Of a stretch of 64,000 nt of DNA, positions 45,604-54,537 are shown in pieces. This DNA is from a virus (Duplodnaviria > Heunggongvirae > Uroviricota > Caudoviricetes). Location: IMG/VR virus record IMGVR_UViG_3300031718_000177; one strand, 5' to 3'. How positions within the stretch are numbered: the stretch's first letter is position 1; every line of letters starts with the position of its first letter. Position numbers and translations under genes: made by a program. The notes under the pieces were generated by a model. It saw nothing but the letters and a program-made list of their open reading frames with translations, did not search any database and had not been told where the DNA came from.

Positions 45604-46101
45604 TTATTCTTTCTTAAACAATGTCAACCATTCTTCGTAGTTTGTATGGGCTGGGAGACGCACTTCTTCACAATTACCATTACAGTCAACACGACGGATA
45701 GTACCATCTTCGTCTGGACAATAAATACATCCACCGTCATCTAATTCGTGTGCGTCAGGCGTATAGGAGGAGCTATGTTCTTCGGTGATGATATGGATAT
45801 TAGGTGCGTCAATAATCCAATCTTTTCCGTAATAGTTGTCGCTTCCGATGATACGATGATTTGCGAGACTATCCAAATCGCCACCATCAGCCACAGAAAG
45901 GATAGAACCACCTTCAGTAATGGCACTTGCGATAGCAGCATTCAAGGATTCGAGTGAATCAAAAGTATCATTATAGCTTTGGTAGGTATTAGTAGATGCC
46001 ATTACGCCAAAGGTGGGATTACCTTGGGGATTACCACGTTCATCAATAGTTTGGATTTTAACACGACGGACAGAAAGGGGATTACTCATTTCTAGTCCCA
46101 C
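45604..46101 (-). CDS. Acidic hypothetical protein
   Basis: Tiling ORF. Confidence 0.7.
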   Translation of the reverse strand: MGLEMSNPLSVRRVKIQTIDERGNPQGNPTFGVMASTNTYQSYNDTFDSLESLNAAIASAITEGGSILSVADGGDLDSLANHRIIGSDNYYGKDWIIDAPNIHIITEEHSSSYTPDAHELDDGGCIYCPDEDGTIRRVDCNGNCEEVRLPAHTNYEEWLTLFKKE

Positions 46102-46490
46102 TTGAAACCAAAAACTACGACCAATTCTTTCATCGTGAATGGGGCATGTGTAGGAAGATCATTAAGCATTTTAAGTGCTTCAACCTCTGTCTCATATTCT
46201 TTAACTACACTCATATCATCATTGTCATTTACGCGAATTGCAAATGTGTTTTCCCATTCTACCAGATACGCCCAGAAATAGTCACCCGGCAAGCCGTTCC
46301 AATTAGGGTACGTCGGTATCAGTACAGTTTCGCGAGTCGGCCCGCTACTTTTAAGATTGTTGTCGCTCCGGTGTCCCTTGGCTTTGGACCACGTTAAACC
46401 AGTTATCCAGTTACGAAATCGTTCCCCCTCTGGGTAATCTTTAACATAATCATCGAAAGAATAGTAGGTTTTAGGAGTCATTCTAGCCAA
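46092..46490 (-). CDS. Hypothetical protein
   Basis: Tiling ORF. Confidence 0.7.
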   Translation of the reverse strand: MARMTPKTYYSFDDYVKDYPEGERFRNWITGLTWSKAKGHRSDNNLKSSGPTRETVLIPTYPNWNGLPGDYFWAYLVEWENTFAIRVNDNDDMSVVKEYETEVEALKMLNDLPTHAPFTMKELVVVFGFKWD

Positions 46491-46806
46491 TCATCATTCG
46501 ATGTATAACCCACATTATAGTGAGCCCTACCCAAGCAATTATTAGATTAGTTAAAGAAAGGGCAAGCGATATGACACCGAGCTTTTCCGTATCCACACAT
46601 TTCTGACACCATGCACATAATGCGGCTGTAACAATTACAGGAACGATAAAGAATACAAAAATGGAATAAGTCAGCCCTAATGCGTGCCAATAAGTTATTG
46701 GCGGAACGCTGAGTGGTACGAGAAACCATAGCCAAGCGTATTGGAAAGCGAAAGCCGTAGAAAATAAAGCGGCTATGCTCATTACCGATGTGAAAAAGGA
46801 TTTCAT
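46483..46806 (-). CDS. Multi-TM membrane protein (WFLVP...ITYWHALGL)
   Basis: Paralogous to 44971-45300. Confidence 0.7.
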   Translation of the reverse strand: MKSFFTSVMSIAALFSTAFAFQYAWLWFLVPLSVPPITYWHALGLTYSIFVFFIVPVIVTAALCAWCQKCVDTEKLGVISLALSLTNLIIAWVGLTIMWVIHRMMIG

Positions 46807-47162
46807 TTGTCTTCAACCAATTCAAGGTTTAATGTGATTTCCTTACAATCATATCGCCCAATCTTGAAAGACACATACCTATCGTCCATATAACCCATAA
46901 CGCTTGAAACACGTTTCCGGCCTGTCCATCTGTATCCCTCTGGAAAACCAGGAGGATTCTTATGGACTACTACTTTGTGCGTAGCATATCGTGGATGTTT
47001 ATCCCCTTCATCTATAGCTGCTGGTTTGTTTGTCCAGATAATCAACTGGTGTTTATCATTGGTAAAGTCGTTGTATGTAACCCAGGGCAATTTAAGATCC
47101 CCGTTCGGGTTTACGACTTGCATAATGCAGATCATCGAAAAATCCAGGCACGAAACGAACAT
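46803..47162 (-). CDS. Hypothetical protein
   Basis: Tiling ORF. Confidence 0.6.
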   Translation of the reverse strand: MFVSCLDFSMICIMQVVNPNGDLKLPWVTYNDFTNDKHQLIIWTNKPAAIDEGDKHPRYATHKVVVHKNPPGFPEGYRWTGRKRVSSVMGYMDDRYVSFKIGRYDCKEITLNLELVEDK

Positions 47163-47173
47163 CGTATGTTTCG

Positions 47174-47467
47174 CTATTCATTGTTTTGCTCCATAACAAC
47201 AAGGCATCGTCGAGCTTCTACGATGGAATCATCTTCAAGAAAAGTAAAAGCCGGAATATTAAGTAGCTCGTGTGTAACTACTGCCTTTACTGTATTGACT
47301 CTTGAGCCGGACTTAAAGGGCTTATTGCTAGATTTATACACCTTTTTGCCAATGAAAGACGATAGTACACTGAAATCCCATTCTCCATCGTCTTTGGTAA
47401 AGGGCTTCCTATACGATAGACTTTTCGTGAGCCGTTCCTCAAAACATCGCTGCTTTGTCTTAGTCAT
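47174..47467 (-). CDS. Conserved phage hypothetical (GKKVYK.S.KPFKSG...NTV)
   Basis: Recognisable family motif. Confidence 0.75.
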   Translation of the reverse strand: MTKTKQRCFEERLTKSLSYRKPFTKDDGEWDFSVLSSFIGKKVYKSSNKPFKSGSRVNTVKAVVTHELLNIPAFTFLEDDSIVEARRCLVVMEQNNE

Positions 47468-47500
47468 CGTTATCTCTGAATCTCTCCGACCGTATTCATT

Positions 47501-47773
47501 TTACTTATTAACGGAGGTCGCTTGATGACCTCCGCTACCCAAGTCAACAACCACAGCGACGATAATAAGCACCATCCAACTACCATCTACATGATGGTTA
47601 TTACAGAGCATTGTCGCCATATAGGCGAGTGTTGTATATGGCATGAATAAGAAACCTAAGACTGGCCAGATAATCGTGTGGTATGCTTGTGAGAACCAGT
47701 TGGTAAGTAAAAAGATAAAGAACATAACAAGTCGTGGCACGAAAATGCTAACAAGTGGCAACAAGCAGCCCAT
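47501..47773 (-). CDS. Conserved small membrane protein (MGCLL...PRL...LGFLFMPYTTLAY)
   Basis: AGGAG RBS before ATG 47773. Confidence 0.8.
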   Translation of the reverse strand: MGCLLPLVSIFVPRLVMFFIFLLTNWFSQAYHTIIWPVLGFLFMPYTTLAYMATMLCNNHHVDGSWMVLIIVAVVVDLGSGGHQATSVNK

Positions 47774-47783
47774 TTGATTTCTC

Positions 47784-48146
47784 CTATTTGTTTGGAATTG
47801 AATGGTTGTCTTCGTAGTCGCTCGGAAGTTTATGTCCAATTGCCTTTTCAATCTCTGCAATGAACCTATCGTCTTCATCACGAAAACGATTCATGTCGCG
47901 TTGATCCCATGTAGCATTCTTAGTAGTAAATCGAGGTTCATTTTCGTCAAATATATATTGATCTTCCGATATCAATTTGGCAAGTTGTTCTGGGCGTAAT
48001 CTAAAGCTAGGTTCCGATCCATCTAACGGATGGAACACGCTGAGTGTATGCTGTGCGACAGTATGATAAATACCCCAATCTTTGTGTGTCTCAAAACTTA
48101 ATTTTGCGTCATGTTCGTAGCCATTCCCTGAGCCACATGAGAACAT
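47784..48146 (-). CDS. Hypothetical protein
   Basis: Tiling ORF. Confidence 0.65.
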   Translation of the reverse strand: MFSCGSGNGYEHDAKLSFETHKDWGIYHTVAQHTLSVFHPLDGSEPSFRLRPEQLAKLISEDQYIFDENEPRFTTKNATWDQRDMNRFRDEDDRFIAEIEKAIGHKLPSDYEDNHSIPNK

Positions 48147-48197
48147 CGCTAATCTCTTTTTCTGACGGCTGCTTAGTGAAATGACCGATGGACATTG

Positions 48198-48692
48198 TTA
48201 TTCTATTGAACCTACTTCAACTTCTGAGCCGCACATATTTTCATTGCCGTTGGAAGCCTGAGCACTGACGACGCATAGCACCCAACTCTCTGGCGGCTGA
48301 GGCCCGGCTGTGCCATCATCACTAACACCAACCCAATCTATCCATTCCGTATTAGGCTGAACCGGAGATGAAGAACCCGGAACATAATGCCAAACCATAT
48401 CCGTTTGAATCCAATACTGCGGTTCTGGCACACCATTCCAATAGTAATCAAAGACATAAAGGATTGCCCAGCCCTGACCAGGGGTTGTACCCGTATTCAC
48501 AAGACCAGTATTCACCACACGAACATATACGTCGCCTACATTGTTTGGCCACAAATCGACCTGAGTTCTACTCCCGTCGATTGCACATTTACCGTTGCCT
48601 TGATTGCCGCTACCTGCGCCACCACCCATTCCCTTCTGAACAAGAACGCCGACGACAGCAATTGCCACTAGCATCACAAGAAACTTTTTCAT
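48198..48692 (-). CDS. Secreted beta-rich protein
   Basis: Signal peptide MKKFLVMLVAIAVVGVLV. Confidence 0.7.
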   Translation of the reverse strand: MKKFLVMLVAIAVVGVLVQKGMGGGAGSGNQGNGKCAIDGSRTQVDLWPNNVGDVYVRVVNTGLVNTGTTPGQGWAILYVFDYYWNGVPEPQYWIQTDMVWHYVPGSSSPVQPNTEWIDWVGVSDDGTAGPQPPESWVLCVVSAQASNGNENMCGSEVEVGSIE

Positions 48693-48775
48693 TTTACAAA
48701 CTTTCTAGTTGAAAGAGAAAAACCGGCTTCTTTAATCGGGGTGAATGGCTTTTCGTCAGACAGTACAGGCGACTT

Positions 48776-49282
48776 TCATGGTTGTATTTCCGACAGAGGT
48801 TTTCCAAGGACTTTCGCAATTTGTTCTGGCGACTTTTTTTCTTGTGTAAGACAATCTACTATGATTTTAATACACTTAGGGCAAGTAACCCTTTTTTCGT
48901 CCTCAACACAATCGCCTTCTTTGTCTCCGCACGCCGAATAGCCACCAATCAATCCGGCTGAGTTGATGTGAATCTTTTCCTCTTTATACTCCACAGTAGG
49001 ACATTCTGGTGGAATTACAAACGCATCAAACCTATCACCCAGTCCATCTAAATGTAGTGTAGTTTTACGTTTCAATAACGCCATAGCAAATGAATGATTC
49101 TCAAAGCCAAGCGGTATTGCCGCACCATTTAGTACAGCAACATCACGCGGCTTCGCATGAGCATCAACATCCCAACAGCCCTTCTCTTTAATACATCCAG
49201 ATGATTTTCCGCATTGACATTTTCTTACTTTAAGTTGTAATTTAAGAACGTCATTACAATGAGGGCAGAAGAGGAGTTTCAC
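48776..49282 (-). CDS. Zinc-binding phage hypothetical (MKLLFCPHC...CQCG)
   Basis: Recognisable family motif. Confidence 0.75.
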   Translation of the reverse strand: MKLLFCPHCNDVLKLQLKVRKCQCGKSSGCIKEKGCWDVDAHAKPRDVAVLNGAAIPLGFENHSFAMALLKRKTTLHLDGLGDRFDAFVIPPECPTVEYKEEKIHINSAGLIGGYSACGDKEGDCVEDEKRVTCPKCIKIIVDCLTQEKKSPEQIAKVLGKPLSEIQP

Positions 49283-50100
49283 GGTTTATCCAATTCAGCT
49301 TCTAACTTTTTGTCTCTTTTGCCACCAACAAATATACCACATTCTTCATCATCGTTATCATCACTCTTGGGTTTCTGCTGCGATAGTTTTTCACTCATAT
49401 AATCTTGTAAATCTTCCTCCAAAACTAGAATTGTGCTCTGAAATACTTTATCTAGGGCCTCTAAGTGGTCTGCTAAATCCTCCCTAAGTGCATCGAACTT
49501 ATTTGTAATATATTCTTCTATATCAGGTGTCATTTTCCTTACTTTCTTTTTGGATATAGCAGTTTTTGATTTTGGTTTGGATTTCTTTATTGTTGGTTCG
49601 GACTTCTCCCACGGGTAGCGCCACCATCTAACATTATTCTTATCTTTAGTTAGATTGCTTAGATAGTTCTCTCGTTGACGACCACTATTACGGTAATCAG
49701 GATGATAATGGACTACATAAGCGGTTTTATCATCCTTAAATGAGGTAATCTTATATCTACCGCCCCCTTCGGTTCCGTAAACGACATCCCCTATTGCAAA
49801 TGTTTCGCCTCTATAATTTGCGTATTCATCCCACGTCGGCTGCCTAGTCGTTAAATCGTCTAACTTTATTAACCAGCCATCCGTACCTCTTGTGAGATTG
49901 TCTGCACGAGCAACAATTGCTTGTTTTTTTCTCTGCCCAAACGAGCGGATTTTATATCGGTGGCGGTTGTGTAGACCATAAACAATATCGCCTACTCGAA
50001 ATGTTTCGCCCCTACGATTTGTACACCTTAGTACAGTGTATTCCTCTACAGAGGATTTCCCCTTCCCGAATATTTTGTCCCAGTTACTTCTATAAGACAT
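49279..50100 (-). CDS. Protein with two tandem SH3-like RGETFxxGDxVYG repeats and coiled-coil tail
   Basis: Internal duplication seen in translation. Confidence 0.75.
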   Translation of the reverse strand: MSYRSNWDKIFGKGKSSVEEYTVLRCTNRRGETFRVGDIVYGLHNRHRYKIRSFGQRKKQAIVARADNLTRGTDGWLIKLDDLTTRQPTWDEYANYRGETFAIGDVVYGTEGGGRYKITSFKDDKTAYVVHYHPDYRNSGRQRENYLSNLTKDKNNVRWWRYPWEKSEPTIKKSKPKSKTAISKKKVRKMTPDIEEYITNKFDALREDLADHLEALDKVFQSTILVLEEDLQDYMSEKLSQQKPKSDDNDDEECGIFVGGKRDKKLEAELDKP

Positions 50101-50342
50101 TAGTTTCTGCCTTCTAGAAATCGTTCCAATATACGAGCAGTTCGTAGAGAAATGTTGTTTTGTAATTCGTGCTCTCTTACTACCTCTTTGATTAGGTGAA
50201 TAGCAGCTTCTAGTTGGTTATGTGTCCACGCAATGTCATTTGGGTCGCTCGCGGACATATGTTGTAATATTGTTTCTATCAGCGTAACTCTTTCTGGTTC
50301 TATTTCAAGGACAGCCTCATCAGAGAACACCGGGTCCATCAT
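50100..50342 (-). CDS. Hypothetical protein
   Basis: Tiling ORF. Confidence 0.65.
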   Translation of the reverse strand: MMDPVFSDEAVLEIEPERVTLIETILQHMSASDPNDIAWTHNQLEAAIHLIKEVVREHELQNNISLRTARILERFLEGRN

Positions 50343-50370
50343 TTTAACTTAAAGTCCTTCCTGATGCAAC

Positions 50371-50755
50371 AAAAAAACGGTGTGTCAGTTGCGTGCTTTT
50401 AACCGGGGTATTACCTTCATTCGACCGAGATTGCCCAGTCCAACCCCGTAACCTTAGTCGCCAACCAACCTACCGTTGCCGTGCAGGTGCCACAGCTAAC
50501 ACTATGACGCTTGAGTTGCATTCGGGTTTGATTTTTTTCACTATACCTATGTGATTGCTTGTCGGAATAGTGATTGACGGTCACTAATCCTTACGCCTAC
50601 ACATAAGCATAATGGGAAACGGGCATCTGCTACTGCTTACATTTCCAATCGTGAATGCGTGCGTTTTCCCCAGCTTTGTTTTAAGTGGCTATGCTGGCAA
50701 CCACTAAAGGTTCAGGTCAATTTTATCGCCGTAGGACGACCCTTTCCTACGTTTC
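50371..50755 (-). ncRNA. Candidate large structured ncRNA (about 385 nt)
   Basis: Longest ORF-free gap; at least 8 helices by eye; ends in stem + U7. Confidence 0.6.
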
Positions 50756-50941
50756 TTAATGGCTTTCACCATTAAGAGGCAATTCGCGTATTCTTCTTTT
50801 TCTTCTTTGTGCGGAATCGTAACGCTGTATCTCATAAAAGTCAACTGGCCGTTTGACTAAACCTTTATCCCTTAGCTCTTGCCATTCCTCCCACGAGAGA
50901 TGACAACTACTTCGGATTTCGTTCCATTCGACATAGCTCAT
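50756..50941 (-). CDS. Hypothetical protein
   Basis: Tiling ORF. Confidence 0.6.
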   Translation of the reverse strand: MSYVEWNEIRSSCHLSWEEWQELRDKGLVKRPVDFYEIQRYDSAQRRKRRIRELPLNGESH

Positions 50942-51375
50942 ATACCACTCCCCATATCTGCGTAAGCAGTAGCATCCTCGTAGTGTTGTAGTTCTATTCC
51001 TGGTGGTGAGATATTACCATATTCTACCTCCTCATCGGCATGTTCGGAAGGGGAAGTATCAGTTGTGATAGGGATAGGAATACGCTGTTGCTTAAACCCC
51101 TCAAAGTGTTCTTCTGCGGTAGGTCTTTCTTCCAACTCGCCCCATTCTTTGGCGGCCTCTTCTAGTCCCGGCGTAACATCAATAACGAATTCTTCGGTAT
51201 CTACATCATATTCAGCGTATTCAGCAAAATCAATGTTATCTGCGAGTACAACTTCAAGGATGTCGGTATCGGCATGTTTGATAACATCGCACAACTTATC
51301 AATCGCAGTCCCAACATTGACACGGATTTGTTTAGACATTAGAGTTCCTTTCTTGGAAGCAGAGGGATATCCCAA
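50938..51375 (-). CDS. Highly acidic hypothetical protein
   Basis: D/E-rich. Confidence 0.65.
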   Translation of the reverse strand: MGYPSASKKGTLMSKQIRVNVGTAIDKLCDVIKHADTDILEVVLADNIDFAEYAEYDVDTEEFVIDVTPGLEEAAKEWGELEERPTAEEHFEGFKQQRIPIPITTDTSPSEHADEEVEYGNISPPGIELQHYEDATAYADMGSGI

Positions 51376-51623
51376 CCTTCAATGGCCTTCTTTGTCGGTA
51401 TTTCATGGTGTTCGGGCATCCCCGCTGTAACTCGTAACGGCCTAGGTGCTCGCGCTTTCCAAGCAACCTTGGGCTGACTGCTTTCTATAAGTACAGAACT
51501 ATCGCGTCCCTCAATATTCTCGGCCTCTGCTTGACCACCACGTACTTTAAGCATAATGGTTTTGTTTAGATGCTCTGGGTGATTAGACGCCCAAGCAACT
51601 AGGTCAGCAAGAGTGAGAAACAT
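51339..51623 (-). CDS. Hypothetical protein
   Basis: Tiling ORF. Confidence 0.6.
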   Translation of the reverse strand: MFLTLADLVAWASNHPEHLNKTIMLKVRGGQAEAENIEGRDSSVLIESSQPKVAWKARAPRPLRVTAGMPEHHEIPTKKAIEGWDIPLLPRKEL

Positions 51624-51819
51624 TATATGCTTACCTCAAGGTCTGTCAGGTTCATCAAAACCGAAAAGGAATTCGAGTGTTGGTAGCGGCGAAATAGCGA
51701 GACAGCTTGTCAACCAATTCCACCGCACACCAATATACCAGTCTGAACGCCACGACCACACGAAATGAATTCTAAAGTTGCCCTTTGGTGATTTGAATAG
51801 GTTACTCATTGCGACCGTC

Positions 51820-52194
51820 CTATGCTAAAAGGCGTAAAGATTTTGCTACTACTCTTCCTCTATACCCCTTAGCTTTATCGGAAAGGTAATTATCAATAAG
51901 ATTAATAAGCTCATGGGGAAAGTCAACCGTTGTAAAATCAATGCTATTTTCGTTTCCATCAATGCTAATAAAACGGATGCTCGGATTTACGATGATTTCT
52001 ATCCCGCAATATGTGCCTGTGTAGCATCCTCCCCATTCGTATTCGGTCTTTTCCCATCGTATTTTTTTGGCTTGGGTTAAAGCGATTAACCTATCTACTA
52101 CTTTTTGGACACTATTGTTCATCGCAAACACCTTACACTTTCGCCCACTAGGGGCATTGCACAAACTGGGAAAGTTAATGGAGAGAACAGCCAC
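51820..52194 (-). CDS. Hypothetical protein (true start probably MNNSVQ)
   Basis: Tiling ORF. Confidence 0.6.
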   Translation of the reverse strand: MAVLSINFPSLCNAPSGRKCKVFAMNNSVQKVVDRLIALTQAKKIRWEKTEYEWGGCYTGTYCGIEIIVNPSIRFISIDGNENSIDFTTVDFPHELINLIDNYLSDKAKGYRGRVVAKSLRLLA

Positions 52195-52478
52195 ATTCTA
52201 AGCCAAGAAGTAGTATCCTTAGCGTAGCCAAGTTTGTAAGCTACTCTCCAAGCAATAGCCACGGTGGTATAGGCAATTAGAGCATACGCTCCGTTGCAAT
52301 AGACTTCCATCCTAACTGCCCCCGCAGCAGTGCAGACCATAGCAGTGCAGAATAGCCAGGCAAGAAAAGCTACGATTACTAGTTGTCCTAACCAATGGCA
52401 ACAAATAAACTCACCCTTGGTTGTCGAAACTAGCACAGCCCAGATAATAAAGCCATAGAAAAGCATTGCGACGATCAT
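52119..52478 (-). CDS. Multi-TM membrane protein
   Basis: Several hydrophobic segments. Confidence 0.6.
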   Translation of the reverse strand: MIVAMLFYGFIIWAVLVSTTKGEFICCHWLGQLVIVAFLAWLFCTAMVCTAAGAVRMEVYCNGAYALIAYTTVAIAWRVAYKLGYAKDTTSWLRMWLFSPLTFPVCAMPLVGESVRCLR

Positions 52479-52481
52479 TGC

Positions 52482-52670
52482 CTATCCTTTTCCTATCTTA
52501 TTCCATCTTGGATATTCCACCCAAGGGATTTTATCTGGAAGTGTGGGGAGGAAAAACATTTCCATTGCCGTTGATAGTAATAAGCAAAAGAAAATACCTA
52601 CGGTAAAGCCACGAAGCCAATCACATTGTTTTTCGGACATCACTCTACCTCCACACACCGTTCGATCCAT
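52482..52670 (-). CDS. Single-TM small protein
   Basis: Hydrophobic segment. Confidence 0.55.
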   Translation of the reverse strand: MDRTVCGGRVMSEKQCDWLRGFTVGIFFCLLLSTAMEMFFLPTLPDKIPWVEYPRWNKIGKG

Positions 52671-52879
52671 TTACCGAGAGCGTAAAGTGCTGGATTCGAT
52701 TTAGCTTGGGGGGACCGTAGGATGATCTCGCCGATCATACTAAGTAGATTGACTTCAATCTTCAAGGTAATACGAGTATCGCCTTCCCACGATTCGAGTT
52801 TATCTCGGCGTGGGGTATTTTGCTGCGGAGCATGACGATCCTGATGATTTTCAGGGTCGTCCACATCGTTATAAACCAC
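52640..52879 (-). CDS. Hypothetical protein
   Basis: Tiling ORF. Confidence 0.55.
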   Translation of the reverse strand: MVYNDVDDPENHQDRHAPQQNTPRRDKLESWEGDTRITLKIEVNLLSMIGEIILRSPQAKSNPALYALGKWIERCVEVE

Positions 52880-52988
52880 GTTGACACCTTAAAAGAAAAG
52901 AAAGAAAAAGTAGAGTTAGAAATTGTTGTAGACAGTAACCACCAGGGAGTTATTAGCTCCCTAGTGGTTCGTTTCTGTCTAGTGCGAA

Positions 52989-53429
52989 CTAGGCCGCAAC
53001 CGGCTCCGCGAAAGCGGAATGGCATTCGTTCCACGCTTCCAATGCGTTAACCATCTTGTCGAGGCTTCCAACCTCTTGCACGGTCTTCAAGAAACCAACC
53101 GTAGCTGCAATCGTCTCAGCCTCGGTAGCTCGCTTGAAGTTCTTGGTGGCGAATTGCAGAGCCATAACCATCTGCTCCTTCGTCACCTTACCGGCACTAC
53201 CACCTCGCTTGCTGCTCGTGGGAATACCCAGTTCCTTACGAACCGAACCGATCAAGCGACCACCCGGATGACCCCAGGTGGTAGGCGACCAACGCGGATC
53301 GGCCTCGACTTGCTTCTGGTCGTAATCACGGTGCTCACTAAGGATCGCCTTAATGGTAGCCCGCTTCTCGGCATTCTTCTCGGCTTCAGTCTGTTCAACG
53401 ACAGGCTTGCCACTCTTCTTTTCGGACAT
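52989..53429 (-). CDS. Basic Lys/Ala-rich protein (putative DNA-binding)
   Basis: GGAG RBS; GC3-rich codons; C-terminal FLKTVQEVGSLDKMVNALEAW. Confidence 0.75.
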   Translation of the reverse strand: MSEKKSGKPVVEQTEAEKNAEKRATIKAILSEHRDYDQKQVEADPRWSPTTWGHPGGRLIGSVRKELGIPTSSKRGGSAGKVTKEQMVMALQFATKNFKRATEAETIAATVGFLKTVQEVGSLDKMVNALEAWNECHSAFAEPVAA

Positions 53430-53501
53430 GACTAGCACTCCAAACAAAGGGAAAAACCGAACGAATCTGAACCGTACAACACAGTACAGTCCTTGTTTCC
53501 G

Positions 53502-53861
53502 TTAATCGGCAAAGGAAAAGTAGTCGGGCGACTCAGGCCCGCCACTATCCCATTCAGGCTTAGTACAGTTTTCAATAGCGTCGGCAACTTTTTGTGTTTC
53601 TTTCGGGAAAAGCATTTCAGCAAGTACATCCAAGGTCAACTTTCGGTCGTCGTCGTCTAACTTTTCGCCATCACACTCGCCGGTCGCAATCTGGCGAAGT
53701 AACAAGATAGCGTCTGGCTTCAATGCTTCTTCTAGGTTTATGAAAGCGACTACAACTTTTGCTGAATTGTTGATAAGTTTCAGTAGGTTATGTTGTTTCT
53801 CCATAATAATTGCGATCAGCCCTTCATCCGTGTATTTCATGTTGTTCGTTTCGTTGCCCAT
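53502..53861 (-). CDS. Hypothetical protein
   Basis: Tiling ORF. Confidence 0.7.
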   Translation of the reverse strand: MGNETNNMKYTDEGLIAIIMEKQHNLLKLINNSAKVVVAFINLEEALKPDAILLLRQIATGECDGEKLDDDDRKLTLDVLAEMLFPKETQKVADAIENCTKPEWDSGGPESPDYFSFAD

Positions 53862-54107
53862 GTCTTTATCTTACGGCAGACGCCTGCCAATTTCAAGTGA
53901 AAACTTCCGATTTTCGGTCACTTTCCGTAAGTGTAAGTCATAAGCGAGTTTAAGCCACCAAGACAACCGATCACAAAGAGCACCCCTACCACAATTATCA
54001 GGAGAAGGATCAATTCGGTCACGATCAACTCCACCACCTTTTTCCAATCTGCCATCGCTTGATTTCTTCTGGTGATTCTCCGCATTTACGCTTCTCTTAG
54101 TACAGTT

Positions 54108-54311
54108 TTACAACAGATGCTTTCCTAAATACATGAAGCCGATAGCACTATCAGTCAACAGACCAACAACGAGGATTACCGTAAAGATCGCGAGGAAGAA
54201 TATAGCGGCGGGGGTATTCGCACAGTAGATTCTCGTTTCAATAAGAACCCACGCCATTCCTAACACCCCAATTACGGATAAAACACTTCCAATTGCTAAC
54301 GCCCACATCAT
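54108..54311 (-). CDS. Two-TM membrane protein
   Basis: Hydrophobic. Confidence 0.65.
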   Translation of the reverse strand: MMWALAIGSVLSVIGVLGMAWVLIETRIYCANTPAAIFFLAIFTVILVVGLLTDSAIGFMYLGKHLL

Positions 54312-54312
54312 C

Positions 54313-54528
54313 TTAACGCTCCCTGTTATGTGCCCGTCTCGCTAACCTTACTGCTTCCGTATCCTCTGGGTCAATCATAACCATTGTCGGTGCTGTCTTA
54401 TGGTCATATACGGCAAAGCCTATTTTAGCTTTTACATTACTATGCTTAACGCAAGTTTCGGTATCGGGCAGTACCTCTAAGCGTTCGGCTGGGATTTGCT
54501 GTCCACATATCTTACAGAACTTTTCCAT
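54313..54528 (-). CDS. DksA/TraR-type zinc-finger protein
   Basis: CKICGQQIPAERLEVLPDTETCVKH. Confidence 0.85.
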   Translation of the reverse strand: MEKFCKICGQQIPAERLEVLPDTETCVKHSNVKAKIGFAVYDHKTAPTMVMIDPEDTEAVRLARRAHNRER

Positions 54529-54537
54529 TCGTTTCTC

